DNA of 64,000 nt from Hemiscyllium ocellatum (Eukaryota), in NCBI RefSeq assembly GCF_020745735.1, contig NW_026867623.1, positions 248,001 through 312,000 on the forward strand, read 5' to 3'. This document shows positions 51,870 through 64,000 of the stretch, piece after piece. Below the pieces are notes generated by a model that made no database searches, was not told where the DNA came from, and worked only from the letters and a program-made list of their open reading frames with translations. Position 1 is the stretch's first letter; each line of letters starts with the position of its first letter. A program made the translations under genes and the position numbers.

Positions 51870-54800
51870 GGGTGGAGCTGTGAAATACCAAGGAACAAAA
51901 ACATTAGTGGGTGCCATACACAGATCCCCAGACTACAGTGGTTATGTTGGAATATTATTAAACAAGCATGCAACATGGAGACATCGGTGATCATGGATGA
52001 TTTTAATCTGTATCTAGATTGGACAAGTCAAATTAGCCACAGTGTCTAAGAGGGGGAATTCCTGGCGTACATATGGAATGGTTTTCTTATCCAACATGTG
52101 GAGGAACCAACTAGACAGCAGGCCATCTTAGGCTGTGTACTGTGTAATGAAAAGCGTATTATTGCCAATCTAGCTGCATGAGATTCCTGGTAGGTGAGTG
52201 ACCATGACATGATAAAACTTTTTTATCAAGATGGAGAGTGAGCTAGCTGATTTGGAGACTAGGGTGCTAAATTTTAATAAAGGAAACGATGAAGATAAAT
52301 CAGTCATGAGTTGACTTTGATAGATTAATGGAAGTTTCTTCAAGGTGTGACAGTAGATAGGATTGGCAAATATTCAAGGAAATCATGGGGGAACTGCAAC
52401 AACTATTTATTCCTGTCTGGTACAAAAGCAAAATGTGTAAAAGGGCCAATCCATGGCTTATAAATGAAATTAGATAGTATCCAGTTGAAGGATGAAGCAT
52501 AGAGATTGGCCAAGAAAATAATTGGCCTGATGTCTGAGAGCAGTTTCGAATTCAGCAAAGAAGCATCAAGGGATTGATTAAGATGGGGAAAACACAATAC
52601 AAAAGAAAGCAAGCCTGCAGGGAACATGAAGACTGACACTACAAGGTTGTCTAGTACTTGAAGAGAAAACCTTTGGTGAAGACAAATGTAGGTCACTGCA
52701 GATGGAAATTGGGGAAATGTATAACAAAGGACAAAGAAACAGCTGAGCAACTGAACACGTACTTTAGTTCTGTCTTCACAAAAAGGACAGTTGTGCATGA
52801 GGTTGGTGAGGCTGCAGTTGGAACATGTGTTCTGTTTTGGTCATCTTGCACGAGGAAGGATGTTATTAAACTGGAAAGAGTGCAGAAGAAATTTATAAGG
52901 ATGTTGCTAAGACTCAATGGTCTGAGTTATAAGGAGAGGCTGAACAAGCTAGAACTTCTTTTCTCGGCAGTCTAGGAGATTGAGAGGGGATCTTGGAGAA
53001 ATGTACAAAATCATGAGAGACATGCACACAGGCTTTTTTGCCAGCATTGCGGAATCGAGTATGAGAAGGCATTAGTTTAAGGTTAGAGGGGAAAAGTAAA
53101 AAAGGGATCCTGAGGGGCAATTTGTTTACACAGAGGTTGGTACGTGTATGGATTGAGCTGCCAGCGGAAATGGTTGATGTGGGTACGTTAACAACATTTA
53201 AATGCATTTTGACAAATCAATGGATAGGAAAGGGGTAGAAAGATGTGGACCAAATGCATGGAAATGGAGTTAGCATGGGTGGACATTTTGGTCAGTATGG
53301 ACCAGCTTAGGCCAAACGACCTCTCTCTGTCCTGTAGGACTGCCTGACTCGAAGAAACAAATCAAGCACCAGAAATCCTGGAGAATGCAAGATTTAGTGA
53401 GAGGGACGAGCTGACGGAGGTCAATATTAGTAGAGAAATGGTGCTGGGAAATTGAGGGAGTGAACCCGTTAAATCATCAGGACCTGATAAATCTACATCC
53501 CAGAATACTTAAGGAAATGGTTCTCGAAATAGTGGGAGCTTTGGTTGTCAGGATTCTTTAAATTGTGGGACAGTACTTGCAGATTGGAAGGCAGCTACTG
53601 CTACTCCAACGCTCAGAACGAGAGGTACAGGCAAAACCAGGTAATTATAGGCCAGTAAGCTTCAGATCAGTAGTGGGGAAAATCATCCAATCCTTTATTA
53701 AGTACTTTATGGCAGAAAATTGAGAAAGCCGTGGCAAGATCAAACAGCGTCAGCATGGATTTATGGATGGGAAATCATGCTTGTCAAATCTTTTGGAATT
53801 CTAAGAAGGTATAACTATCAGAGTTGACAAAGGGGAACTGGTCAATATGGTATATTTGGGCTTTCAGAAAGTGTTTGACAATGTCCCACTTAAGACATCA
53901 CTGTACAGTTTTAAAGCGCATGGGATTGGGGTAAGTGTACTGAGCTAGATAGAAAACTGATTGGCAGAGAGCAAACAGAGTTGGGCTCAAGGGGTCCGTT
54001 TCAAATTGGCAGCCAGTAGCTAGTGGGGTGCCACAGGGCCCCCAGTTATTAACAATATATATTAATGACTTGGGTGAAGGAATAAAATGTAATATCTCAA
54101 GGCTTACAGATGATACCAAGTTGGGTGGGAGGATGCAGAGACCTATGACATGATCTGGACAGATTGGGTGAGCGGGCAAATCAATGGCAGATGCAGTTAT
54201 TTTGGGTAAATGTCAAGTTATTCACTTTGGAAACAAAAGCAAGTTGCTGGATTACTACCTGACTGGCTGTGAATTGGGAGAGCAGAGTATGCTGCAGGGC
54301 CTACATGCCCTTGTGCACCAGTCGCTGAAGGTAAGCATTCAGGTGCAGCAGGCAGCAAAGAAGGCAAATGTTATATTGGCCTTCATTGTGTGATGCTTCA
54401 AGTACAGGAGCAGGGATGCTTTGTTACAGTTGTACAAGGCCTTGCTGAGGACAGACCTCAAACACTGTGCAGTTTTGGTCCCCTTTTCTGAGGAAGGATA
54501 TTCTTGCTTGAATGGTGGAACTAACATACGAGGACAGATTGTCCAGCTCAGGATTGTCTTCGCTGGAGTTTAAACGAATGGGAGGGGATCTCATTCTAAC
54601 AGGACGAGACAAGGTAGATACGGGAAGGATGCTCCCGATGATGGGTGTGTCTAGAATCAGGGGACACAGAATGAAGATTTGGGTGGATCATTTGGGACAG
54701 AGAGGAGGGAGACATTTCTTTACCCAAAGAGTGAGGAGCCTGTGGAATTCATTATTACAGGAATTAGTTAATGCAAAAACATTGACTGTATTGAAGATGC

Positions 54801-54950
54801 GGTTCAATATAGCATTTAAGGTAAATGGGTTCAAAGGGGAGTAAACAGATAAGGTTGTTGAGTTGGACGATGAGCCATAATCATGATAATGGCAAAGCAG
54901 GCTGAAAGGGCGGAATGGCCTCCTCCTTCTCCTATCTTCTATGTTTAAGA
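51870..54950 (+). mobile_element. CR1 ORF2 to 3' UTR with a nested CR1 3' fragment at ~52790-53350
   Basis: Endonuclease MDDFNL; NYRPVS; GVPQG; the RT resumes after the internal LERVQKKFIRML...3' UTR block. Confidence 0.85.
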
Positions 54951-55249
54951 GGATATTTTCCTGAGAAAACCATGGACATAATTAGTGCTTCCCCGTTTGC
55001 CTCAAAAAATCTCTCATCACCCCACCTGAAAAATAATGTGGAGAGATAACCTCCCAACACATCGCCTCCCAAGAGTCATTCTTAACACGAGATGTCATTT
55101 TGTTCTGTGATCATGAAAAGATTGGAAAACATTAACGGATAGATAACAAGGTCACAAAGCCACCAGTTGAAACGGGAGAAGAAATCAAAGAGTACAGATA
55201 AGCAAGTTAAAACAGAATGATCAGAGACCATATTTGATTGAACAGCTCA

Positions 55250-56500
55250 GACAAAACAAGAACACATGCAGAACTAATGGAAGATGAAAACCTGAAGCAA
55301 TTGCATTGAAAAACATACACAGAAGAATCTGAGTGCATTCCCAAATGTTACTAACTTTAACATGATGTCTTGATGTCATCACATATTCAGGCAGATGGGA
55401 AAGTGAGAGAAATTCATTACCAGGGGCATACAGAAAGGAGGTGTGGCAGGTAGCACCTGAGCTACCTATGGGTCATTGTGGGAGTGAGAAGAACTCCCAG
55501 CAAAATACAAAAATATTTTTACTGGCCTGGACTGCATAAAGATGGAGTTGAAAATTGCAAGAAATGCCATACATGTCATGCAACCGGAAACCCTCAGGCA
55601 ATAATAAAACCAGGGCCTTTAATACCCATCTCTGTATTTGAGGAACCTTTTATAAGAGTCGTAATTGATTAAGTAGACCTACTACATAAAAAAAGGAATC
55701 AGTATTTGTTAACAATAATGGATGAGTCCATTAGATTTGCAGACGCCAATCCATTTGTACAATACCACTGCTAGAAGGATTGTAGAAGAGTTACCCCAAT
55801 TTTTAAATCAATAAAGACTACACACGGAGATACCATTAGATGAAGGGTCGAAGTTTACATCAAATTTATGCATGGCAGTTGTGGGTAGCTTAGGAATAAA
55901 ACAATTCAATTCTACTGCTTCCCAACAAGAATGGCAAGGAGTGTTAGCATGGTGGCATCAAACTTCAAAGCCCATTAGTAAATTTAGAGAAGACCATTTT
56001 GAGGGTTTATTGTCAAGACAATTAAACCAACTGGATAAAGGAATTCCATATAACATCTTGCCAATAGGGCTGTACAAAATGAATCTGCCTCATTCAGTCC
56101 ATGAGAATGACTGTTGGGGCATGAGCTGAGAGGACGACTGAAAATAAATAAGGAGGAATTATTGAGTCAGAGTTCAGCAACTACTTTAACAAACTGTGTT
56201 TCAAATTTTAGGGAATGATTAAATTGAGCGGGGGAGTTTGCTAGATGGCATTTAAAAGTAGCACAGCATGTGATGAAGCAGGAAGCAGACAAGAGATTAA
56301 AAATTTGCAATTTTGTGAACTGAGATAAAGTGTTAGTGTTACTTCCAGTGAGAGGAGAACCTTCAAAAGCAAGATGTAGTGGAAGTTATCAACGTGAAAG
56401 TACGTTCAGTGAGGTGAATTATTTAATAAGGATGGCAGATAGAAAGAAATCACATATAGTGCCTTGTGAATGTGCTCAAAGGGTATTTTGATTATGTGGA
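55250..56500 (+). mobile_element. Gypsy-group (Gmr1-like) LTR retrotransposon integrase remnant
   Basis: GVRRTPSKIQKYFYWPGLHKDGVENCKKCHTCHATGNP...PLIPISVFEEPFIRVVID (ORF 55478-55672): integrase Zn-binding region and start of the core; DEGSKFTS, LGIKQFNSTA downstream. Confidence 0.8.
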
Positions 56501-56794
56501 AAAGCTGTTCCTTTAACAAGGTTAGGTTGTCATTTTTTTTTCTCCTGGAGGTCATAAAAACACAGGTTTGGAAAAGTCTCAGTTTGGAAGGATTTTAGGG
56601 CCAATTTGCTAATAGCTAAAAGATACTGCCTCAGATAGAAGGTGTTCAAGTTTTAAAAAAATCACTTGTATAATGGAAGGGGAACGGCCAATTCTCTAGG
56701 CTCAGCTTTTCTTTTTATGGTTTTTTGAGCAGTAGTGTGAAGAAAGGCTGCTGGGCTCAAAGAAGCAGGTCCATGTTGGTAATCTCTCTCAGCC

Positions 56795-56957
56795 TAAAAA
56801 ATGAGGTCTGCAGATGCTGGAGATCACAGTTGAAAATGTGTTGCTGGTTAAAGCACAGCAGGTCAGGATGAAGGGCTTATGCCCGAAACATCGAATTTCC
56901 TAATCCTTGGATGCTGCCTGACTTGCTGTGCTTTGACCAGCAACACATTTTCAACTG
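56795..56957. mobile_element. short fold-back Penelope-derived element with a perfect 14-bp TSD
   Basis: TSD aatctctctcagcc at 56781-56794 and 56958-56971; arms cagttgaaaatgtgttgctgg / ccagcaacacattttcaactg; truncated core GATGA-A-GGGC ttat GCCC-GAAAC-ATC. Confidence 0.85.
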
Positions 56958-57089
56958 AATCTCTCTCAGCCGTCTATCCTGTGATAATTATTAGATTAGA
57001 TGACCGACAATGTGGAAACAGGCCCTTTGGCCCAATAAGTTCACACTGACTCTCCGAAGAGCAAACCATCCAGACCCACACTTCTACAT

Positions 57090-60000
57090 TTGCCTCTCTC
57101 GCCTTCCCCTTTTCTCGCCCTACCCTTCTCTCGCCCTCCCCTCTCTCTCCCTCCCCTCTCTCTCCCCTCCCTCTCTCCCTCTCCTCTCTCTCGCTCTTCC
57201 CATTCGCCTTCCCTCCCTCTCTTGCACTTCCCTCTCTCGCCCTCCCGTCTCGCGCCCTCCCCTCTCTCGCCCACCCCTCTCTCTTCCTACCTCTTTCACC
57301 CTCCACTCTCTCGCACTCCACTCTCCATCCATCCCCTCTCTCGCCCTCCCCTTTCCCCTCCTCTCTCTCACCCTCCCCTTTCTTTCACTCTCCCTCACCT
57401 CTCCCGCCTTCCCCCGCTCTCTCACCCTCCCCTCTGTCTCCTTTCCATCTCTTGGCCTTCCCTCTCCCTCCCTCCCCTTTCTCACACTCCCCTCTCTCTC
57501 CCTGCACTTTATCACCCTCCCATTTCTCGCCCTCGCTTCTCTCGCCCTCCCCTCCCTCGCCCTCCACTCGCTCACCCTCCACTCTCTTCGCGTCCCTCTC
57601 TCTCCCTCCTCTCTCTTACTCTCCCCTCTCTCTCCCACCCCTCTCTCACCCTCCACTCTCCCTCCCTCCCCCTCTCTCTCCCCCTCCTCTCTCTCTTCCT
57701 CCCCTCTCTCTCGCCCTCGTCTCCCTCTCTCACTGCCCTTTCCTCTCCCTTCCTTCTCTCTCCCTACCCTCTCTCACCCTCCCGTCTGTCTCCTTCCCCT
57801 CTCTCGGTCTTCCCTCTCTACCGGTCCCCACTCTCACACTCCACTTTCCCTCCCTTCCCCCTCTCTCCCTCCTCTCTCTCTCCCTCCTTTCTCTCTCGCC
57901 CTCCCCTCTCTCTCCCTCCCCTCTCTCACTCTCCACTCTCCCTCTCTCCCCCTCTCTCTCTCCTCTCTCTCACTCCTCTCCCTCGCCCTCCTCTCTCTCA
58001 GGCCCTCCGCCTCTCTCGCCCTCCACCCGCTCTCGCCCTCTACTCTCTCGCTCTGCCCTCTCTCTCACCCCCTAATCTCTCTCTTCCTCCCCTCTCTCTC
58101 GCCCTCGCCTCTCTCTCTCTTCCTCCCCGCTCTCTCTCGCCCTCACCTATCAGTCTCGCTCGCCTTTACCTCTCCCTCCCCCCTCTCCCTCCCCTCTCTC
58201 CCTCCCCTCTCTCGCCTTCTCCTCGCTCGCTCAACCTCCCCTCTCTCCCTCCCCTCTGTCACCCTCTATTTGCTCTCCCTCCCTCACTCTCTCTCCCTCC
58301 ACTCTCTCGCTCCTCTCTGTCACCCTCCACTCTCCCGCCCTCCCCTCTCTCTCCCTCCCCCCTGTCACCCTCCCTCTCTCGCCCTCCCCTCTCTCGGTCT
58401 TCCCTCTCTCCTTTCTCACTCTCCCCTTCACTCTCCCACCCTCCCCCTTCTCTCTCCCTCCTCTCTCTCCCTCCTCTCTCTCGCCCTCCCACTCACTCAC
58501 CCTCCCATTTCTCGCCCTTCTCTCTCTCACCCTCCCCGCTCCTGCCCTCCCTCTCTCTCCCTGCCCTCTCTCGCCCTCCCCTATTCTCGCCATCCCCTCT
58601 CTCTCGCTGTCCCCTCTCTCTCGCCATCCCCCCTTCTCTCCCTCACCTCTCTCGTCCTCCCCTCCCTCCTCTCGCCTGTCCCCACCTCACCTCTCTCCCC
58701 ACCCTCTCTCCCCCACCCTCTCTCCATCCCGCACTCTCCCCCTCCCTATTCACTCAACCTCCCCACTCTCGCCCTCCCCCTCGCTCCCCTGCTCTCCCAC
58801 CCGTGCACTTTTTCCCCTCCCCCTCTCTTGCCCTCCCCTCTCCATCGCCCTCTCCTCTCTCGCCCTCCCCTCTCTCGCCATCTCCTCTCCCTCCCTCCCA
58901 TCTCTCTCCCTCCCCTCTTTTGCCCTCCCATCTCTCGCCCTTCCCCTCTCGCCCACCCCTCACTCGCCCTCCTGCCTCTCTCGTCATCCCCTCTCTTGCG
59001 AACTCCTCTCTCGTCCTCCTCTCTCTCTCCCACCTCTCTCTCGCTCTCCTGCCTCACTCCCTCCCTCTATTGCCCTTCCCTCTCTCACATTCCCCGCTCC
59101 TGCCCTCCCTCTCTCTCCTTCCCCACTCTCTCTCCCTCCTCTCTCTCTCCCTCCCCTCTCTCGCCTTCCCTATCTCTCTCTCTCTCTCACCCTACCGTCT
59201 CTCCCTCCCTACTCTCACCGTCCCTTCTGTCTCCATCCCCTGTCTCGGCATTCCCTCTCTCTCCCTTCCCTCTCTCACTCTCCACTCTCCCACCTCCCGC
59301 TATCTCTCGCTTCTCCCACTCTGCCTCCACTCTCTCGCCATCCCCTCTCGCGCCATCCCCTCTCTCTCCCTCTCCTCTCTCGCTCTTCTCTATCTCACCC
59401 TCCCCGCTCCTGCTCTTCCTCTCTCTCTCCCTTCCCCACTCTATCCCTCCTCTCTCCCACCCGTCACTCTCACGCTCTCTCCTCTTTCGCCCTGCACTCT
59501 TTATCACTCTCCTCTCTCTCCCTGCACTCTACCGCCCTCCCTCTCTCTCTCCCTCCCATCTCTCGCCCAAACCTCTCTCGCCCTCCCCTCTCTCACACTC
59601 CCTGCTCCTACACTCTCCTCTCTCTCCCTCCCATCTCTCGCTATCACATCTCTCGCCCTCACCCTCTCACCCACCCCTCTCTCTCGCCCAACCCTCTTTC
59701 ACCCTCCCCTCTCTCACCCACACAGCGTCTATCCTCCCCTCTCTATACCTACCATCTCACACGCTCCCATCTCTCCCCTCCTCTCTCACGCTCGCCCCTC
59801 TCTCGCTCTCCACCCTCTCTCGCCATCCTCTCTCTCACCGTCCCCTCGCTCTCGCCCTACCCTCTCTCTCACCCTCTCCACTCTCACTTCCTCCCCTCTC
59901 TCTCGCCATCCTCTTTCTCGCCCTCCCCTCTCTCGCCCTCTCCTCTCTCACCCTCCCTACTCCTGCCCCCCTCTCTCACCCTGCCCTCTCTCACCCTCCC

Positions 60001-60862
60001 ATGTCTCGCCCTCCCCTCTCTCGCCCGCCCATCTTGCTTGCTCCCCCTATCTCGCCATCCCCTTTGTCACCGTCCTGTCTCTTTCCCTCCCCTCTCTCGC
60101 CCTCCCCTCTCTCCCTTCCCTCTCACCTCCCCGTCTCTCGTCATCCCCTCTCTCTCGCCATCCCCTCTCTCTCCCTCACCTCTCTCGCCCTCCCCACCCT
60201 CCGCTCCCCTGTCTACGCTTCCCCTCTCTCCCCACCCCTCTCTCCCACCACCCTCTCTCCCACCCGCACTCTCCCCCTCCCCACTCTCTCGCCCTCCCCC
60301 TCTATCCCCCTGCTCTCTCACCCGTGTCCTCTCTCCCCCTCCCTCTCTCTTGCCCTCCCCTCTCCATCGCCCTCTCCTCTCTCGCTCTACCCCTCTCTCA
60401 GCCTCCCCCCTCTCTCCCTCTCCTCTCTCGCCCTCCCCTCTGTCTTTCACCCCTCTGTCGCACTCCCCACTCTCCTGCCTACCCCACTCTCGCCCTCCCC
60501 TCTCTCGCCTTCTCCTCTCCCTCCCATCTCTCTCTCCCTCCCCTCTTTCGACCTCCCATCTCTCGCCCTCCCCCTCTCGCCCGCCCCTCTCTCGCCCTCC
60601 TTCCTCTCTCGCCATCCCCCTCTTGACCTCTCATCTCTCTTCCTCCCCTCTCTCGCCCTCTCCTCTCTCCCCTCCCCTCCCTCTCACCCTCCCCTTTCTT
60701 TCGCCCTCGCTCACCCACCCTATCTCTGTCTTGCCCCCTTCTCTCTCCCTGTTCCTTCACTCTCTCTCCCCGTTCTCTCACTCTCAATCCCCTCCCTCCG
60801 TGTATCTCTCCCCACATCCCACTGGCTGAATCTCTTTCCATTCTGTCCCTCTCTCTCTCTCT
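57090..60862. repeat. 3.8-kb polypyrimidine low-complexity tract (ctctcgccctcccctct-like units, higher-order duplications)
   Basis: Almost entirely C/T on the plus strand; recurrent ctcgccctcccctctct and ctcgccatcccctctc motifs. Confidence 0.95.
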
Positions 60863-61398
60863 GACACACTCTGTCTCCCTGGTCCTTCCTTCTCCCTCTG
60901 ACCCAGAGACTGGGGGTGGTCTGCGGTTAAAGCTGCTTTTGTGTGGGGTGGGGGTTTGGGGCGTGTTGGTTTGAGATGTGGGCAAAAGGGGGAAAATTGT
61001 GTAGAGACAGAATTGCAGAAGGGAGGCAGAGACGGCAGGAGGGAGAGAGAGAATGAGGGGAGGGGGAGAGGGAAGAGTGGAGGCAGGTGGAGAAACCGGG
61101 TTTGGAAGTGTGTGCAAGAAAGAGAGGGATGAGGGAGAGTTAAAGGAAGAGTTGGTGGAAGAGAGAGAGGTAGAGAAATGTGGAGTAAGAGTGGGGGAGA
61201 GGAAATGGGGACGGCAGGTTGGAGTCGCGGGGACAGAGGGAGTTAAACCCAGCTCCTGAGCTCAGAGCGCGGTGCCCTCCCCTTCCCTGAGGACCAGGAC
61301 TTGATTTTGAGTGTGTCTCTCTCCAACTCAGCTTTTTCAACACAAAGACACACAACAACATCGTTCACTCTGCTGCTCGGCACGCTTTAATCAACATT

Positions 61399-61404
61399 TT
61401 TATT
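61399..61404 (-). promoter_or_regulatory. candidate polyadenylation signal (AATAAA) of the GPCR gene
   Basis: tttatt on the plus strand, ~210 bp downstream of the GPCR stop. Confidence 0.5.
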
Positions 61405-61613
61405 GGTTACAAATGGAAGTGATGGATACAGTCAGTGGGATGGTGCCTTTCTCACAGACCCCTGAGCTGTGAGAATCATCGAAATGTTTTCCTGTAAGTC
61501 CCCTGTGGGATAAGGATGGACAAACCAGCACTACCCTTAGTCTGTAACCATAGCGACAGGCTGCTCCATTGCTGAAACACTGAACTGAAATGAGAAAATC
61601 CCGGATGGATTGA

Positions 61614-62524
61614 TTAATGAGGGAATTTGATTGATGGATGGATTTGGGTGCAGGGATACTTCAGCACATTCTTCAGCTGCTGCCTGAACTTAGTCTGGGT
61701 CACGGCATAAATCGCAGTGTTTGTGCAGCAACTGAGGAGTTGCAGCATAAAGCCCAATTCCCGCACAAAGGGATGGAGATGCAAAGGGGAATACACAATC
61801 CAATCCATCCGTACCCATATAGAATACAGCATGAACGTTGACCATAACAGGATGAAATTGGCCGAGATCACAAACAGTAAAACGATGGATTTTTTTCGGT
61901 TTCTCATTTCTGTGTCAGACTGAGCGTCCACATTGGTGTGACCGCGGATTCTCCTGCGGGCTCTGCTGGTCACTAAAATGTGTCTGACGGTGAGAACATT
62001 GAGCAGCAGAATCAGGAGAAATGGGACACCCAGGGTTAGAACGTGGTGGATGAACTCGATTGTGACCCAGACACTGGAGGATTGAACAGCGTCTGTTACA
62101 GAACAAAACCAGGGGCGGTTCATGAGCCGATACCGAGCCGTGAGCATAAAATACCAGAAAATGTTCTTTAAACAGCTCAGCACAGTCACTGATCCCAGAA
62201 CCACAGCCGCCGTTTTCTCACTGCAATATTTACTTTTCAGCTTCTGGCAACAAATGGCCACAAACCGATCAAAGGTGAAAGTGACGGTGAACCAGACAGA
62301 GCAGTCAGTGGCTGCATAAAGCAGGACGGCGTGGATATTACACACGGGGACGGAGTCCTTCAGGAAATAAAACTGTTCCCGATAAACAATGGGAATGTGT
62401 CTCAGGATCAGGTCGAGGATAATGACCAAGAGATCCGCCGCTGCCATGGCCCCCAGGTAACGTCTGACACATGGAGACAATCCACAATCTTTATAAAGCA
62501 GGACGTAGATGGTCACTACGTTAA
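61614..62524 (-). CDS. GPR139/GPR142-like class A orphan GPCR, main (last) coding exon; N-terminal exon not identified in window
   Basis: Open frame ~300 aa: VNVVTIYVL (TM1 second half), AMAAADLLV (TM2), VTFTFDRFVAICC (TM3), FILLW (TM6), LSCCTNTAIYAVTQTKFRQQL (TM7/H8). Acceptor ttccttcctcacag at 62538-62525 splits TM1. Confidence 0.88.
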
Positions 62525-63119
62525 CTGTGAGGAAGGAAAACAAACCCATTATCCATCAGCCTGGAGGCAAAGGGACCCGTTTGATTGTGGACCCAGTGAG
62601 ATTTTCAAATGTATCCCTGTATTCAGGGATTTATTAAAATAATTGGAGCTGGAGTAACAAATGGGAAGGTCTGAATTACTGACAAACGTGTGACAAAAAT
62701 CACAAGAAACCCTCCCAATGCAAACACACAGAGACACACCCATAAGGACAGATAGTTTCTAGAACGTTCCCACACACTCGATCACTCGAGAGCAGTCACA
62801 GGTCACTCCTTCCCAGTTCCTAATAGGGAGGGTAGAAACTTTGTTGTCCTGAAGGATTCTCTCCCAGTTCCCTGAAGACAAATGGAGTTTGGAAATTTCT
62901 GTATTTTGGTCTAAATTGTGGTCGATCCAGTGTCGTGAAGAAATGTGATCGCTGGGAAGACGTATTCCCCCTTTTAACTGTCCGAGGGGCCTTCGGAACA
63001 CTGGCTCCTTATCCCTGGAATAGGATCTGTTTCCTTGGGATCTTATCGTTTGTTTATTTCACTGATGTCCGGCCGTTCACAAACAATGTCAGGGACAGAA
63101 CTTTCCGAGGAGCTCCTTG

Positions 63120-63370
63120 ATCTGTCCATCACCTTTCCCCCTATCCACTCCTCCCTCCTCTCTGACCAATCACCTCTCCTCCGCCTCCGCCTGTCGATCA
63201 CATTCCCAGATTCCTTCCCCCCCCCCTTAGCTCCATCCTCAGCCCTCCCATTTATCTCTCAGGCCGCGGCCCACAAGCCTCACTCGTGATGAAGTGTTCA
63301 TGCTCGAAACATTGATTCCCCTGCTCCTCGAATGCTGCCTAACCTTCTGTGCTTTTCCAGCACCACACCC
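63120..63370 (+). mobile_element. Penelope-like element 3' end with degenerate hammerhead core
   Basis: C-rich tract, then gtgatgaagtgttcatgctcgaaacatt...cctgctcctcgaatgctgcct...gcttttccagcaccacac, the same terminus as the fold-back elements. Confidence 0.65.
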
Positions 63371-63374
63371 CCGG

Positions 63375-63960
63375 TCAGGAAACAGGCTGACACCGTCATA
63401 TTGACAGGATCAGACCTGAAGGGTAATGTTTCAGGAAGGTCCATCACCATTCCTGGGTATACCCCGTTGCAGGGGCAGGACAGACCCACCAATGGTGGGG
63501 GCACCCTGGCATACTGCCAGGGAAGGCCAGGGAAGGAGTTCCTCTGCAATTGCCCAACATTGATTCCAGAACCCGGGACATCACATGGTAACAGATCACA
63601 GATGGTCAAGGAATTCACCTGAGGATGGACATCTCCCGCCTCTCACCCATCCCTTTGGTGATAACTCAGTTTCCCTCGATGTTGAAAACGAATCAGAGGA
63701 AGCACTGAGGGTGACAGGGACACAGACCGTCCTCTGGGTGTGGGACTTCAATGTCCATCACCAAGAGTGTCCCCACAGGCCTACCCACTGTCTGAGCAGG
63801 GAGATATCTCAAATCCACAGCAGCCAGACTGGGGGGAGTGATGGGGGAAACATTCTCACAAAACTCCTTGTCCCAGATGGATCTGTCCCTGACAGTATCT
63901 GTCGAAGAAGCCAACACACAGTCCTGTTGGAGGGAATGTTTCAGCCTCATATTTGACATA
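63375..63960 (+). mobile_element. APE endonuclease fragment of a LINE
   Basis: SITIPGYTPLQGQDRPTNGGGT (ORF 63332-63622); LWVWDFNVHHQE (63585-63956). Confidence 0.7.
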
Positions 63961-64000
63961 CTCAAGATTAGTGTGGTGCTGGAAAAGCACAGCAGGTGAG

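Noticed and set aside
57010-60864. Very long ORFs (1284 aa, 1178 aa, and antisense R/E/G-rich ORFs)
   Set aside because: Artefact of a C/T-only tract that cannot easily encode stop codons; products are low-complexity L/S/P.

Overview
Repeat-rich vertebrate genomic DNA, almost certainly from a cartilaginous fish: it contains an elasmobranch IgM-type VH, HE1-type V-SINEs and CR1/HER-type LINEs. A carpet or bamboo shark is plausible but not provable from sequence. Most of the window is decayed retroelements (CR1, Rex1/Babar, a second APE-RT LINE family, Penelope-like elements, one Gypsy integrase remnant). Two host loci were found. (1) A minus-strand IgH mini-cluster pseudogene (leader-VH-D-JH, ~32.0-33.6 kb) with only one recognisable D segment and no recognisable constant exons in the 32 kb downstream. 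(2) An intact minus-strand coding exon of a GPR139/GPR142-like class A GPCR (61.6-62.5 kb). The most notable non-coding structures are fold-back Penelope-derived inserts carrying minimal hammerhead ribozyme cores (including a spacer-less 450-bp palindrome with a ribozyme on each strand), a ~525-bp inverted duplication and a 230-bp tandem duplication upstream of the VH, and a 3.8-kb polypyrimidine tract. Boundaries of decayed repeats are approximate. No database searches were run.
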